Positions 1 to 11,000 of a DNA stretch of 46,394 nucleotides are shown piece after piece. The notes below the pieces were generated by a model, which was not told the origin of the DNA, did no database searches, and was given only the letters and a program-made list of their open reading frames with translations. The stretch covers positions 1 to 46,394 of the forward strand of contig JANLWX010000180.1 in assembly GCA_031364845.1 (NCBI GenBank), given 5' to 3'. Made by a program: the position numbers and the translations under genes. This DNA is from Candidatus Eiseniibacteriota bacterium (GTDB taxonomy: Bacteria > Eisenbacteria > RBG-16-71-46). Each line of letters opens with the position of its first letter. The first letter of the stretch is position 1.

Positions 1-412
1 CGCGGAACACGCGGCACTCGAGATTGACCGGCGACTCGGCGACGCGCGGCGAGCGCACGCGGTCCGAGGCGGCGCGCGTGAAGCCCGCGATCTCGAACTC
101 GTCGACATGCTGCGGCCAGTCGCCGGATGTGTGCACCATGCGCTCGGCAATCGGCTCGGTGACCACGTTGATCACGAAGTCTCCGGTCTCGCGGATGTTC
201 GCGAGCGTGTCCTTGATCTCGCCCTCGCGCAGCCCGATCGACACGCCGAGCAGCGGCGGACGGCTGCCGATCGGCATGAAGTACGAGAACGGTGCCACGT
301 TCGGTCCATGCGATCCGATCGTCGAGACGAACGCGATCGGCCGCGGCACGATGACGCCGATGAGGAATCGATATACCGCACTCGGGGTCAGCGCCTGGGG
401 ATCGAGGATCAT
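1..412 (-). CDS. Flavin reductase family protein (DIM6/NTAB-like), 3' end runs off the window
   Basis: Not in the ORF track. Manual translation from ATG at 412 gives [31 protein letters not shown]...NVAPFSYF...[18 protein letters not shown]...[14 protein letters not shown]. The start overlaps the ppa stop (ATGA). Confidence 0.9.
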   Translation of the reverse strand, partial: MILDPQALTPSAVYRFLIGVIVPRPIAFVSTIGSHGPNVAPFSYFMPIGSRPPLLGVSIGLREGEIKDTLANIRETGDFVINVVTEPIAERMVHTSGDWPQHVDEFEIAGFTRAASDRVRSPRVAESPVNLECRVFR

Positions 413-1047
413 GCCGGAGCGTCCGATCCTTGCGCGGGCGTGTTCGCGACGAGTGTGCGGTAATCGTCCATGCCCGCCTGCACCACGCGCGCCGCATGTT
501 CGACACCGTACGTGCGCTGCACCGAGATCTGCACTTCGGCGTGCGGGACCAGCTTGTACGTCGAGAAGTAGTGCACCAGGCGTTCGACCAGAATATCCGG
601 CAGGTCGGCGAGGTCGGACGCTCCGCTCCACATGAAGTCGCCTTCGAGCACCGCGAGGATCTTGTCGTCCGCCTCGCCGCGGTCCAGCAACTGGATCCCG
701 CCGACCACGCGCGCCGGGATGATGACTTCGGAGCGCGCGATCGCGCGTTCGCTCAGAACACAGATGTCGAGCGGGTCGCCGTCGCCGTGATCGGCGCCAG
801 GACACAGTGCGGCGATCCGCTCTCCGCAGTAGGTGCGCGGAATGAAGCCGTACAGCGCGGGCGGCTGGGACGAGGTGCGCTGCGGGCGATCGACACGCAG
901 GTAGCCGGTCGCCTTGTCGAGCTCGTACTTGATGAGATCGAACGGTGTGATCTCGATGTACGAGTTCACGAAGATCGGCGTCTCGCGCCCGGCTTCGAGT
1001 CCGTGCCACGGATGGGGCCGCCACTGGGCAAACTGGGTCGATGTCAT
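409..1047 (-). CDS. ppa: Inorganic pyrophosphatase (family I)
   Basis: HPWHG, KYELDK, YGFIPRT, DGDPLD and DRGEADDK motifs. Confidence 0.95.
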   Translation of the reverse strand: MTSTQFAQWRPHPWHGLEAGRETPIFVNSYIEITPFDLIKYELDKATGYLRVDRPQRTSSQPPALYGFIPRTYCGERIAALCPGADHGDGDPLDICVLSERAIARSEVIIPARVVGGIQLLDRGEADDKILAVLEGDFMWSGASDLADLPDILVERLVHYFSTYKLVPHAEVQISVQRTYGVEHAARVVQAGMDDYRTLVANTPAQGSDAPA

Positions 1048-1307
1048 GGCTGTGCTTGTCCCCTCGATGATCGGCGGCGCATACCCGGAACGAGAATCGA
1101 GTCCAGAAGTGGCGACCGCTCCCGGCCACCCTACCGCAGTCGGACGATCGCACGCACCAGCCGCTTCCCGTCGATGCCGCGATGGGCGTGTGAAACAGCG
1201 GTCTGGTTCACAATTGCCTCGTCTGCGCTCAGCCTTTGGGGCATGCTGACCTCACCCACTCTCGAGCGCCCCTGGCATTCCGCCGAACATACCTCTACGG
1301 AGAGATC

Positions 1308-2060
1308 ATGCTTCGCAAAGCCATTATCTGCCTGTGCGCCGCGCTGCTCACTCTCGGCGCCGCCGTGTCCCTCGCGCACGACTTCGACATGCCGATGCCC
1401 ATGAGCAACTACTGGTTCGGCGTGCTGCGCCGCGGCCCGTCGTGGACTCCCGGACGCACCGCGCGCACTGACAGTATCCAGGCCGGCCACATGGCGAACA
1501 TCGGACGCATGGCGGCATCGGGCTCGCTGCTGAGCGCCGGACCGTTCATGCATGGCGGCGAATGGCGCGGGATCTTCATCTTCCGCGCCGACTCGGTCGC
1601 CAAGCTGCGCGCGATGGCGGCGCAGGATCCCGCGATCGAATCCGGACGCCTGGTGCTCGACCTCTATCCGTGGATCGCGCCGTCCGGCATCGGTGAACCG
1701 TACAAGCGTCTCGCGGCACAGCCCGGCCATCGCGACAGCATGCACACCATGCAGCTCGTGATGCTGAAGGAAGGTCCCAACTGGACGTCCGAGCAGACGC
1801 CGGAGCTTTTGAAGCTCCAGAAGGAGCACGTGGCCGGGCTCTTCGACGGGCTTTTGTCCGGCCGATACGCGATCGGCGGACCATTCACGGGGAACGGTCC
1901 GGATACGACGTATGCCGGCGTCATCGTGATGCGCGGCGACTCGACTTCCGCGCGCCGTCAGATGGATACGGATCCGATGGTGAAGTCGGGCCGGCTCGAG
2001 GCGGTGATCCTGCCGTGGTTCACGGCGTACGGCGCGATGCCGGGGGACACGCTGAAGTAG
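1308..2060 (+). CDS. Secreted protein with two tandem YciI-like domains
   Basis: Signal peptide MLRKAIICLCAALLTLGAAVSLA after GGAGAG SD. Two repeats of H...AGPF/GGPF...G.....DP..KSGRL...PW. Confidence 0.8.
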   Translation: MLRKAIICLCAALLTLGAAVSLAHDFDMPMPMSNYWFGVLRRGPSWTPGRTARTDSIQAGHMANIGRMAASGSLLSAGPFMHGGEWRGIFIFRADSVAKLRAMAAQDPAIESGRLVLDLYPWIAPSGIGEPYKRLAAQPGHRDSMHTMQLVMLKEGPNWTSEQTPELLKLQKEHVAGLFDGLLSGRYAIGGPFTGNGPDTTYAGVIVMRGDSTSARRQMDTDPMVKSGRLEAVILPWFTAYGAMPGDTLK

Positions 2061-2160
2061 GCGTCTCCCCCGTCACCCGCAATCTCATCACGATCGGGCG
2101 TTGTGCGCGTGCGATGGCGAGTTGCCGCGAATCAACTGTCCCCGAAGACAGTCGCGCGCC

Positions 2161-3018
2161 TCACGAACACCCTTCGACCCAACCCACTTCCGGCATGCGT
2201 CCCGCTTTGAATCCGGTGACCTTCTTGCCGTCGGTGTCGAAGATGATCCGGTACGTGCTGTCCGAAGTGGCTTCGGGTCTCACGATCAGATAGTGACCGT
2301 CGACGTACTTGTGCGGCTGCACTTCGACGCGACCGGGGTAGAGCGATTGGATGCGCTCTTCGGTGTCGCCGACCGCAGCACCTTCGGCGGTTCGTATCGG
2401 AGAGTCCGGCCGCACATCGACGCGCGCGATCTTGCCATCGATGACCATGAAGGCGACGCCTGGCTGCTCGGCCGCCTGGACGTAGTGACACGGCTCCATC
2501 GTGGGACCGAGCAGCTTCAGTTCCGCCCCGAGTGCGCTCGAGGCTTCGGCGGTCGACATGCCGACGCGAACCGGACCGAAGCCCTTGGGATCGATGCTGA
2601 GCGTGGACGTCCTGGGATCGCGGGGCTTTGCGTTTTCGATCACCAGTGCGTTCGCCGTCGCCTGCACGGGATAGGACTCCGCTACGGGACCCGTGAACCA
2701 TGCGCTCACGGTCGCGCCCTGCTGGAGGACCTCGAAGTTGCGCGACGTTCCAGAGTCACGATCCCTGATCGACGCGCCCTCGGGAACCCTGACCACGGCT
2801 TTCGCCGATCCCGACTCGTCCGACGGATTCTCCTCGATCCGCAGAGTGCGTCCCGGTCCGACCTGGGTCACGACTCCGGTGATCGACGGAGCTTCGGTGG
2901 GAGCCATTGAGGTTTGATCGGTGCTCTGCGATTTGCTCTCGGATGTCTCTGTGCGGGCGCATGCAGAAAATCCGACGACAATGAAGATCGCCATCGCGGA
3001 TGCCACAATTTTCATCAT
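2161..3018 (-). CDS. Lipoprotein with a DUF3221/YobA-like N-terminal domain and an uncharacterised C-terminal domain
   Basis: AGGAGG SD, lipobox FSAC, VSAWFTGPVAESYPVQATA motif. Confidence 0.7.
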   Translation of the reverse strand: MMKIVASAMAIFIVVGFSACARTETSESKSQSTDQTSMAPTEAPSITGVVTQVGPGRTLRIEENPSDESGSAKAVVRVPEGASIRDRDSGTSRNFEVLQQGATVSAWFTGPVAESYPVQATANALVIENAKPRDPRTSTLSIDPKGFGPVRVGMSTAEASSALGAELKLLGPTMEPCHYVQAAEQPGVAFMVIDGKIARVDVRPDSPIRTAEGAAVGDTEERIQSLYPGRVEVQPHKYVDGHYLIVRPEATSDSTYRIIFDTDGKKVTGFKAGRMPEVGWVEGCS

Positions 3019-3032
3019 GAAGCCTCCTGTCG

Positions 3033-4748
3033 TCAGGGATTGGAGCCTGGCACCGGCATTGCGGCATCGAGGTCCCGAGCCCAAGTCTCCACACTATCTG
3101 ACGAGATGCCATTTCGGCGAGCCCCTTCGCGCAGGAGCGAATCGGCGACTTGGTTCATTCCCGCGCGACCAAAGCTCACACCCGCGTAGATCGCAGCTTC
3201 CGGTCGATGTGGAAGTGCCGAGAGTACTGCGAAATGATGCCCCGCGCGTTTCATATCGCCCGCGCGCAGCATCAGCATCGCGAGGTTCAGCTGATCCGCT
3301 TCCCATGCTCTCGCCTGATCGGCGCCTATCGGAATGTGATCCGTGACCTCAACCAGCGCCTGCAGAGAATCAAAACGAAAGAACAGATCCGGGCCGGAAC
3401 GTTCCTCGGCGCGACGCGGACGGTAGGCAGAGTAGAACTCGGCGGCCAGGGTCGTGTCGCGATACCACACGCGAACGGCTGGACTGCCTCCTGCAATCAG
3501 ACCGATGTTGTTGGGAATGCGCCCAAAGTAGAACCGTGTGTTCGGTGGAACCGTGGGATGCATTGCGAGCAGGCGTTCGTGAATCGCGCTCAGCAGATAG
3601 CCGGCTCGCTTCTGATACCACACGCTTCCCCAATCCCACGACAAGCTGGCAGCCGCGGCGGTGCGAAGAACGATCATGGCCGAGAGTGTCGCGATCACCA
3701 GGGCACGACGGCCGTCGAGAACAATGGCCACTACCAGCCACGCGCCGAGAGCGCCGAAACAGCCGTAGTATGCGTGCCAGCCGATCGTCGGTACGAGCAT
3801 CGGCAGCCACCCCAGCAACGCCCACAAGAGCCCGAATCGAACGAGGGTCGCGCGTTTCTCATCGAGGTTCGGACCCCGACCACGCGACACCAGACGTAGC
3901 ACCGTTGCCCAGAGCACCACGATGGAAGTAAGCGCGAGAGCCACATCGCGCGTTCCGATTTCAACCGGCCTCGGAATCGCATCGAGGTTGATCGTGGAGA
4001 GAAACGTTCGCGCGGCCCCCACCAACAACGAAGGGCGATGCTCGGTTTCCAGTGTGTGCGCGGACTCGAATCTCATTCGATCGCGCAGGGTGGGATGGAC
4101 CGCAATCCAGACGAATAGCGTGGCCCACAGCGGCCAGGTTTGTCGAAGTGCGGTTTTCCACGACACCCGATTCATGAGCACCGCGTAGGCCGTCACCAAG
4201 CAAGGCACGACGGCGGCGGATTCCTTGCTCATCAGCGCGAGCGCCTGCGTGAGCGTCGCGGCTGCAAATCTGCCTTGCGCGAACAACATCAGCGTGGCGA
4301 GCGCGAACACGAGCATCCACAGATCCTGTGCGCCCGATATCCACAGGAACGGGGCGCCCCACAAGCCCAGAGTGCTCGCTCCGAGCGTCGCAACGACGGC
4401 AGTGCGCCAACTCGCGATGCGCGCGAGGATGGCCCCGTAGATTCCGAGCGCCGCAAGCCACAACCCGAAACTGGCGGCACGAAAGGCCACTTCGTTCGAT
4501 CCGAATAGTTTCAGCAAGGTGAAGAAGTGGATCTCGCGCGACCATGGGCGGTACCAGCCGAACTGCGTGTTCGACGGACTGAGGAGGTCCTTGAACGTCA
4601 ACCGCAGCCCCTGGTCGATGAAGACGTAGTCGTCACCGATGAAGGGAAGCGCGAGAAACGGGCCGTAGCCGAGCACGGCTACCGCTACGAGTGCCGCAAT
4701 GAGGATGGGGAACTGAGTGCGCTCGCGTACGTCCGCGACGGTGGGCAT
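3033..4748 (-). CDS. Multi-pass membrane protein, GT-C-type glycosyltransferase (ArnT/TMTC-like)
   Basis: Many hydrophobic segments; first loop GDDY...WYRP; LMSKESA motif. Confidence 0.65.
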   Translation of the reverse strand: MPTVADVRERTQFPILIAALVAVAVLGYGPFLALPFIGDDYVFIDQGLRLTFKDLLSPSNTQFGWYRPWSREIHFFTLLKLFGSNEVAFRAASFGLWLAALGIYGAILARIASWRTAVVATLGASTLGLWGAPFLWISGAQDLWMLVFALATLMLFAQGRFAAATLTQALALMSKESAAVVPCLVTAYAVLMNRVSWKTALRQTWPLWATLFVWIAVHPTLRDRMRFESAHTLETEHRPSLLVGAARTFLSTINLDAIPRPVEIGTRDVALALTSIVVLWATVLRLVSRGRGPNLDEKRATLVRFGLLWALLGWLPMLVPTIGWHAYYGCFGALGAWLVVAIVLDGRRALVIATLSAMIVLRTAAAASLSWDWGSVWYQKRAGYLLSAIHERLLAMHPTVPPNTRFYFGRIPNNIGLIAGGSPAVRVWYRDTTLAAEFYSAYRPRRAEERSGPDLFFRFDSLQALVEVTDHIPIGADQARAWEADQLNLAMLMLRAGDMKRAGHHFAVLSALPHRPEAAIYAGVSFGRAGMNQVADSLLREGARRNGISSDSVETWARDLDAAMPVPGSNP

Positions 4749-4767
4749 GTCGCGGATACTACCGCCA

Positions 4768-5208
4768 CTACCGCACGCCGCGCCCCTGCCCGCCGGCCTT
4801 CACGCCCACCGCCACGGTTCTCTTCGCGAGCGCCTTCGGCGCCTGCTGGGGATGGTGCTTCCAGTGCTTGGGCGGCACGAACAGTACGGCGCGCGGAACT
4901 TTCCGCGCGTCGAGCACACGGTAGGGGCCGCTGATGTCGTCGGCGCGATACCAGTGCTGCGTGACGTAGGCGTACCAGGTTCCGCCAAAGCGAAACAGGT
5001 CGTGCTTGAAGGCAGGGTCCATCACGCGTGAGACGCGCGTGGCCGGAACCACGACGATTCGCGGAGTCTTCTCGAATGTGATCTGCGGCGGCGCCGGCGC
5101 GTCACGAGTTCCGAGCGGGAATCCGAAGTACGTTTCGGCGTGTGCCGACAGCGGTGCGAGCACGAGCGCGAGAGCCCATGCAGAAATGATCCGGACATGC
5201 GGGTGCAT
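4768..5208 (-). CDS. Small secreted hypothetical protein
   Basis: AAGGAG SD before ATG 5208; signal peptide ending AHA; aromatic-rich beta domain. Confidence 0.75.
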   Translation of the reverse strand: MHPHVRIISAWALALVLAPLSAHAETYFGFPLGTRDAPAPPQITFEKTPRIVVVPATRVSRVMDPAFKHDLFRFGGTWYAYVTQHWYRADDISGPYRVLDARKVPRAVLFVPPKHWKHHPQQAPKALAKRTVAVGVKAGGQGRGVR

Positions 5209-5264
5209 GGCGTTCTCCTTTCGGCCTGGAGTCTGAAGCTCCGGTCGGATGCTGGCGGGATCCC

Positions 5265-5280
5265 TGCAGCCGATGTGCCA
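5265..5280 (-). promoter_or_regulatory. Sigma54 (-24/-12) promoter candidate
   Basis: Minus strand TGGCAC-ATCGG-CTGCA (GG-N10-GC), 57 bp upstream of ATG 5208. Confidence 0.6.
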
Positions 5281-5492
5281 CGCGGGCATTGCATCGTGAA
5301 AGCGATGATTCCCAACAGCATGCGGGCGCGGGCGCGCACGATGCACGGCGGTGGCACGAACGCGGCGTCGCGGCGTGCACGGAGCGCCGTGCGCGAACCG
5401 AGTGCGAAATGGCCCACTGATTCGACGGCGAAGTCGCCGTCGGCGACAGCTTCCGAAGGTGATGGAATCCGTTCAGCGCGGCGTCGCGTGGT

Positions 5493-8081
5493 TCAAAACG
5501 CCACGTTCGCGCCCACCCGGATCGCGCGCGGCGGGCTCGTCAGCCGCGGATCGCGCACCGGAACCCATCCGGGATATCCGTCGCCGTTGCGATCGTTCCA
5601 GTAGGCGCCGCCGGGATTGCCGGTCGCGGTGCGATACGCGCCGTAGTCGTCGTAGAGCGTGTTGATCTGCAGATTGGGAAAGCCATCGACGGTGGCGAAC
5701 AGATCGTTGCGCGAGTCGAACACGTTGCGCACGTCGAACGCGAGCGTGACGTTTCGAAGTGCGCGCGGAAGCGGCCAGCGCGCCGAGGCGTTGCTGACTT
5801 CGCTCCATTTGAAGCGCTGCGTGTTGTAGCCGGAGACGTCGGCTTCGAGCTCGCGCAGCGCGCGCGGCGTCCACGGCAGGCCGGAGCCCACCGACGTCGA
5901 CCACGACAGCGAACCCCATCGCGGCCGAACGATCGACCACGCGAGGCTCGCCGAATGGCGGCGATCCCAATCGAGCGCATGCTGGCCGATCGACTCCGGA
6001 CGCTCCTGCTGCTTGGGTCCGAACGGCACGCCCTCTTCGCGCGACTCGGTGCCGCGCGCTTCCAGAAATGTGTAGTTGAACGCGGCGTGGTTGCCGGGCG
6101 CGCCCGACCACAGCAGCGTCATCTCGACGCCGCTGCCGTGTGCGTCGTCGGCGTTCTGGTATTGCAGCAGCGGCGTCAGGCGCGGATCCGAACGATTCCG
6201 CGCGCCGACCAGACCGTAGATGTCGCGAAAGAACACGGCGCTCTGCAGCGCCCACTGCTCCGAGAACAGATGCTTGACCGCGGCCTGGTACGACACGGCG
6301 GTCGATGGTGCGAGGGCGGGGTTCCCGATCGGATTGCGATTCGTGATGCGATCGCGGTTGTCGTACAGATAGTCGCGTTCCGGATTCTGCTGCACACGAG
6401 CGTACGACAGCGAGAACACATCACGCACCGAAATCGGATACGCCACTCCGAGTCGCGGCGACAGGGTCCAGATTCCGCGCGCTTCGTGCGGGAACGATTG
6501 AGACTCGGCCTGCGGGCCGGGCGTGAAGTACTCGGCGCGCAGACCGCCGTTGGCAACCAGGCCTTCGAACACCCAGCGGCCGTGGCCGTACATCCATCCG
6601 CCGGGCGCGAACGCGCGATAAGTGCGGATCGAGTCGAGTCCGAATCCGGGCGTGGAGAAGTCCTTCTCGGTGAGTGCCAGGTCGTCGTACGTGACACCGG
6701 CGCCGAGTTGCAGCACATCGCCGCGCGCGCTCGAGCGCTGATCGTCGGCGCGCAGCGTCCAGCGCCGTGCGGCCGCGGTCCGGTACCACGGTTCGTCGCC
6801 CTGGTAGATGTGGAAGGGATCGTTGTCGGGCGAATCGTAGAGGCCGGTCACCGGGAATCGCGAGGGATCGAGATAGGAGAAGTCCTCGCGGCCATCGAGC
6901 GAGGTGACACTGCGCGTCCCAAGCCACCCGAGCGTGATCGCGAAATGCCGGCGCTCCTTGAAGCGCTCCCACGCAAGTGCCGCCGCACCCCGGCGATCAT
7001 CAGTCATCACGTGGTGATCGGCCGCGCGGTAGCGCTGATAGCCCGGCAGCTCTTCATTGCTGAACCCGGCCCCGCGGCCGCACGGCACGAGTCCGTCGGG
7101 ATCGATGCAATTCGTCGTGTAGCCGTCGAGCGTCCACTGCGGATCGAACGGCCGGTCGACGCGGCGGTTGGCGAGCAGTTCGAGCGACAGGCGCGAGGCG
7201 CCGGGTCGCGTCGCGAGCTTCAGATGTCCGAGCAGGCGGTTGTCGGCGCGCCATCCGATCGAACTTCCGAGCAGCTCTCGGCGTCCTTTCGAGCGCAGGC
7301 TCGGCAGATGCGTGTCGTCGAGCGTGGCTTCGAAGCTCGCGACCGCACCCAGTCCGATGCCGGGGATCGGCCCGCCCGCCCGCGCGCCCACCCGATCGTA
7401 CTGGGTCGAGATCTGAGCGTCGGTATGCCACAGCGCCTCCCCGCTCCAGCGTTCGCCGGGTTCCAGCGTGCGCAGCCGCAGCACGCCGGCGAGTGCACCG
7501 CCGTCGCTCGCATCGAGCCCGCCGCTCGCCAGTTCGGCGTCCCGCACCGCGAGCAGCGGCAGTTCCATCGGGCGTCCGCGCAGGGGATCGTTCAGCGTGA
7601 TCCCGCGCAACACGACACGCGATTCGCCCGCGCGTCCGCCGCGCACGTGCAGATCCTCGCCGCGCGCGACCACACCGGCCGCGAGCGCGAACAGTTCGCT
7701 CACGCGATCGACCGGCAGCGATCGCACGACCGATGCGGGGATCATGTGCACCGTGGCGCTCGAGAGCGGATCGTGGATGCGCGTGCCGCGCACGATCAAC
7801 TCGGAGAGCCGCACGACGCGCGGAAGACGGGATCCGGCCGGCAGTGAGTCGGCACGGGCGCCGGTGTTCGATACTTCCGGCAATGAATCTGCCGGCGCGC
7901 CGCTCGTCACGGAGTCGGCCTGCGAACGGGCGCCGGCTTCGCGTTCGTCGGCGCTCGCGAGACCCGACCCGCACGCGAGCTCTGCAAGCACGCACGCAAT
8001 TCCCACAACGCGCGCTCCAACGCCAAAGCCCGGGACGAGGCTTCGTCCCGGGCTCAGGTTCGCACGAGGCGAATCGGTCAC
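5493..8081 (-). CDS. TonB-dependent receptor (start either GTG 8081 or GTG 8006)
   Basis: Plug motif LHVRGGRAGE, SPRLG and NPALAP barrel motifs, C-terminal PRAIRVGANVAF ending in Phe. GTG 8081 overlaps the upstream stop (GTGA). Confidence 0.85.
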   Translation of the reverse strand: MTDSPRANLSPGRSLVPGFGVGARVVGIACVLAELACGSGLASADEREAGARSQADSVTSGAPADSLPEVSNTGARADSLPAGSRLPRVVRLSELIVRGTRIHDPLSSATVHMIPASVVRSLPVDRVSELFALAAGVVARGEDLHVRGGRAGESRVVLRGITLNDPLRGRPMELPLLAVRDAELASGGLDASDGGALAGVLRLRTLEPGERWSGEALWHTDAQISTQYDRVGARAGGPIPGIGLGAVASFEATLDDTHLPSLRSKGRRELLGSSIGWRADNRLLGHLKLATRPGASRLSLELLANRRVDRPFDPQWTLDGYTTNCIDPDGLVPCGRGAGFSNEELPGYQRYRAADHHVMTDDRRGAAALAWERFKERRHFAITLGWLGTRSVTSLDGREDFSYLDPSRFPVTGLYDSPDNDPFHIYQGDEPWYRTAAARRWTLRADDQRSSARGDVLQLGAGVTYDDLALTEKDFSTPGFGLDSIRTYRAFAPGGWMYGHGRWVFEGLVANGGLRAEYFTPGPQAESQSFPHEARGIWTLSPRLGVAYPISVRDVFSLSYARVQQNPERDYLYDNRDRITNRNPIGNPALAPSTAVSYQAAVKHLFSEQWALQSAVFFRDIYGLVGARNRSDPRLTPLLQYQNADDAHGSGVEMTLLWSGAPGNHAAFNYTFLEARGTESREEGVPFGPKQQERPESIGQHALDWDRRHSASLAWSIVRPRWGSLSWSTSVGSGLPWTPRALRELEADVSGYNTQRFKWSEVSNASARWPLPRALRNVTLAFDVRNVFDSRNDLFATVDGFPNLQINTLYDDYGAYRTATGNPGGAYWNDRNGDGYPGWVPVRDPRLTSPPRAIRVGANVAF
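8025..8054 (-). terminator. 12-bp perfect hairpin just downstream of the phosphatase gene (weak terminator or attenuator)
   Basis: Minus strand AGCCCGGGACGA-AGCC-TCGTCCCGGGCT followed by a short T run. Confidence 0.45.
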
Positions 8082-11000
8082 TGCAGAATCACGCACCTGC
8101 CGGACAATACGCCTTCCGCGGCCTGCACGCGGTAGAGATAGATGCCGGGCCCCAGCCGCTGCCCGCGATCGTCGCGACCATCCAGCGTCACGTCGTGGCG
8201 TCCCAGACCGAGGTCGGCTTCGTCGATCACGCGGCGCACCACGCGTCCGTGGATGTCGAACAACGTCACACTCGCAAGCCCGCGTTTGGTGATGCCGAAG
8301 CTCAGCACCGAGCGGTCGCGCAGCGGGCTCGGATGGAGCCGCGCGGCGAACGCGGCGGGCGGATCTTCGCGAGCGCCGAGTGCGGCAGCGCCTCCGCCAT
8401 CCTCCACGTCGTCCTCGAGCCACTCCTGGACCAGCTTGCCCGGGGCGTAGCGTGCGCTCTGCGCCGTCACGCGCTCGATCGAGATCTCGTCGAACTGAAT
8501 GGTCGGGTTGTAGCCCTCCGGGTCGTACAGGAATTGCACATCGAGCGTGCTTCCGTCGCGCAGTGCCGTGTAGTCGAGCGCCAGTTCCGCCCACTCGACG
8601 CCCGCCTGCAGGACCTCGGAGTTCATTGGCGGCGCCACGAGCACCGGGCCCAGGTACTCGCGCACCCGAATGCGCGCGACCCCCGAGTCGCGCGGCGAGC
8701 GCGCCCACGCGGTCATGCGGAACCGCTCGCCGGCGGTGACCGACGAAATCCAGTTCGGCGTGTCGTTGATGCCGATCCAGCCCTTGACCAGGTTGAGCGA
8801 GTTGCCCGAACGGCCCGACACTTCGGCGCAGAATTCATCGTCGAATCCGCCCGGAACGCGCGCGACCGACGCGAGCCCGGAGCCGCCCCACCCGATGAGC
8901 GAGGTTTCGAACGATGGATTCGCAACGAGATTCGTCGAGTCGGTCGGCGCATCGACCGAAGTGTCGCGCACGGTTCCGATCACGAAGTGGTCCATCGGAG
9001 CACCAAGCGTGCAGGTGAGATCGTTCTCGGTGTCGGCCGGCCCGCAGATCGCCCAGCCTTCGATCGAATACGGATTGAAGCTGAGCTTCACCACGCTGTG
9101 ATGCATGGCGCGGAACGCCGACCATTCCGGCGGCGGACATCCACCGCGCCAGATGCAGCCGTTCTTGGGATCGTCCTGCAACCCACCGCCGCCGCCGCCG
9201 GCCGTGATGTGAATGACACCGTGCTGGGGATGCGTACGCTCGTAGTTGTGGCTGTGGCCATTCAAATTGAGCACGTACTTCGGATGCTTGAGCCCGAGTC
9301 CGTCGAGATACTTCTTGATCGAGGACGCGCCGGGATGGTGTCCGCTCGAATAGGCCGGGCGATGACCGAACGTGACGATGAAGTGGATCGCGGTGTCGGC
9401 GTCGGCTTCGCTCATCAGCGTCTCGGCCCGCAGGCTCCAGTCGAGCCATGCGCCGACCCACGGCTCAGGGTACGCGATGAAGCGCACGTTGCCGTAGTCG
9501 AACCAGTACCAGTCCTCGCCGCAGCAACTCACTGCCGGCGAGCCGGGCGAAGTACGCGCGTTGGGAAGGTCGAAGCGACCTTTGTAATTGCGCAGATCGT
9601 CCGCGTCCGGAATGTCCCACTCGTGATTGCCCCATGCCGGCATGTAGGCGGCGTCCTGCGACCACGGCATCACGTCTTCGAAGTGCTGCTCCACCGCTTT
9701 CATGCCGTGATGGTTGCCGTAAGTGAGGTCGCCGACCATCAGGGTGAAGCGCGGCATGTCGGCCGCGATCAACTGCTGGAGCGCGGGAACCTCGCGGTAT
9801 CCGCGCGAGCTGCCGACGTCGCCCGCCACCATCACCTCGAATCCGGAGGTACCGTGCGGCGGCGGAGTGCGGAAGGTGTGATCCGGTCCGCCGCCGATCG
9901 AATAGTGATAGAGCGCATCGGGCTCGAGCCCGGTGATGCGCGCCTCGCGGAACGGTCCGGCCGAGGAGAAGGGCCGGATCGCGGGAGCGCTCGCTTCCGC
10001 CTGCATGTCGTATGCGGACGTGAGCCCGTAGCGCACCCACGACGCCCCTTCGCGCCAGTTGAGCGTCACCGACGTCGGCCCGGTGAACGTCCAGTGCACT
10101 TCATGCGCGGGCGGGCCCGGCGGCAGACCTTCGAGCACCGTGACCACCACCGTCGCCGGTGTCGGGTCCGCGAGTCCGAGCGCGTCGGTGACCGTGAGCG
10201 TGAGCGCGTAGACGCCGGGGGTCGCGAACCGCGTGGGACCTGGATCTTCCTGATCAGAGTCAGGTGCTCCGCCGCCGAGATTCCAGTGGAACGACAGTGG
10301 CAGATCACGGTCCAAGTCGGTCCCGCTCGATTCGAGCTTCACTTTGTCGCCGGCGGTGATCGTGACCGCCGCGGCCGGCGAATCGATCACGCCGTTCGGA
10401 GCCGTGTTCGCGGGCTCGTTGTCGGTGCGCGCGTCGGCGACGTAGGCCGAGACGAAGCGCGCCTCACCGCACGGGCCGCAGTCCGTGCTCCAGTTGCTCG
10501 CCCACAGCACGCGCAGGCCGTCGCGTGAGGGCACCGGCTGCGCTCCGCAGCGCGCGCACGCTTTGTAGGCGCTGCGTTTGTGAGCGAAGCGTTCGACGGC
10601 ACCGCTGCCGTCGAGTTTCACGGCCACGATCTCGTCGCTGAATCGCTTGCCCGCCTGTGCGTAGTAGCTGGCGTAGATCCAGCCCGGGCGCTGGTCGTTA
10701 CGGGCCGAGATCCCCTGCGCGATCGCCTCGTTCGTGGGATCGGTCAGCGACGTCACCGCGCCGTCGCGAAGCCGGACCATGACGACTCCGCCGATCAGCT
10801 GCCCGTTGAGACGCCGGCCGCGGTTTCCGCAGTGTTCGCGTCCCACCAGCACGTCTTCGTCCGCGTCGAACGGATTGCGCGTGAGATCGGCGTCGTCGAC
10901 GTCGTAGATGTAGCCCCGCGCCGGATCGGTCCCTCCGCAGCTCACCGCGCCCGCCGGCATCGCTCGCGGCGTGAGAGCGAGCGTGGCGGGATCGACGTCG

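Noticed and set aside
1048..1140. Fluoride riboswitch upstream of ppa
   Set aside because: A hairpin GGTGGCCG-GGAG-CGGTCGCC is present, but I cannot find the GAUG and UGA...CUAC pseudoknot consensus. An Infernal scan would settle it.
8082..8708. N-terminal extension of the TonB-dependent receptor ORF
   Set aside because: Out-of-frame overlap with the 3' end of the phosphatase gene.
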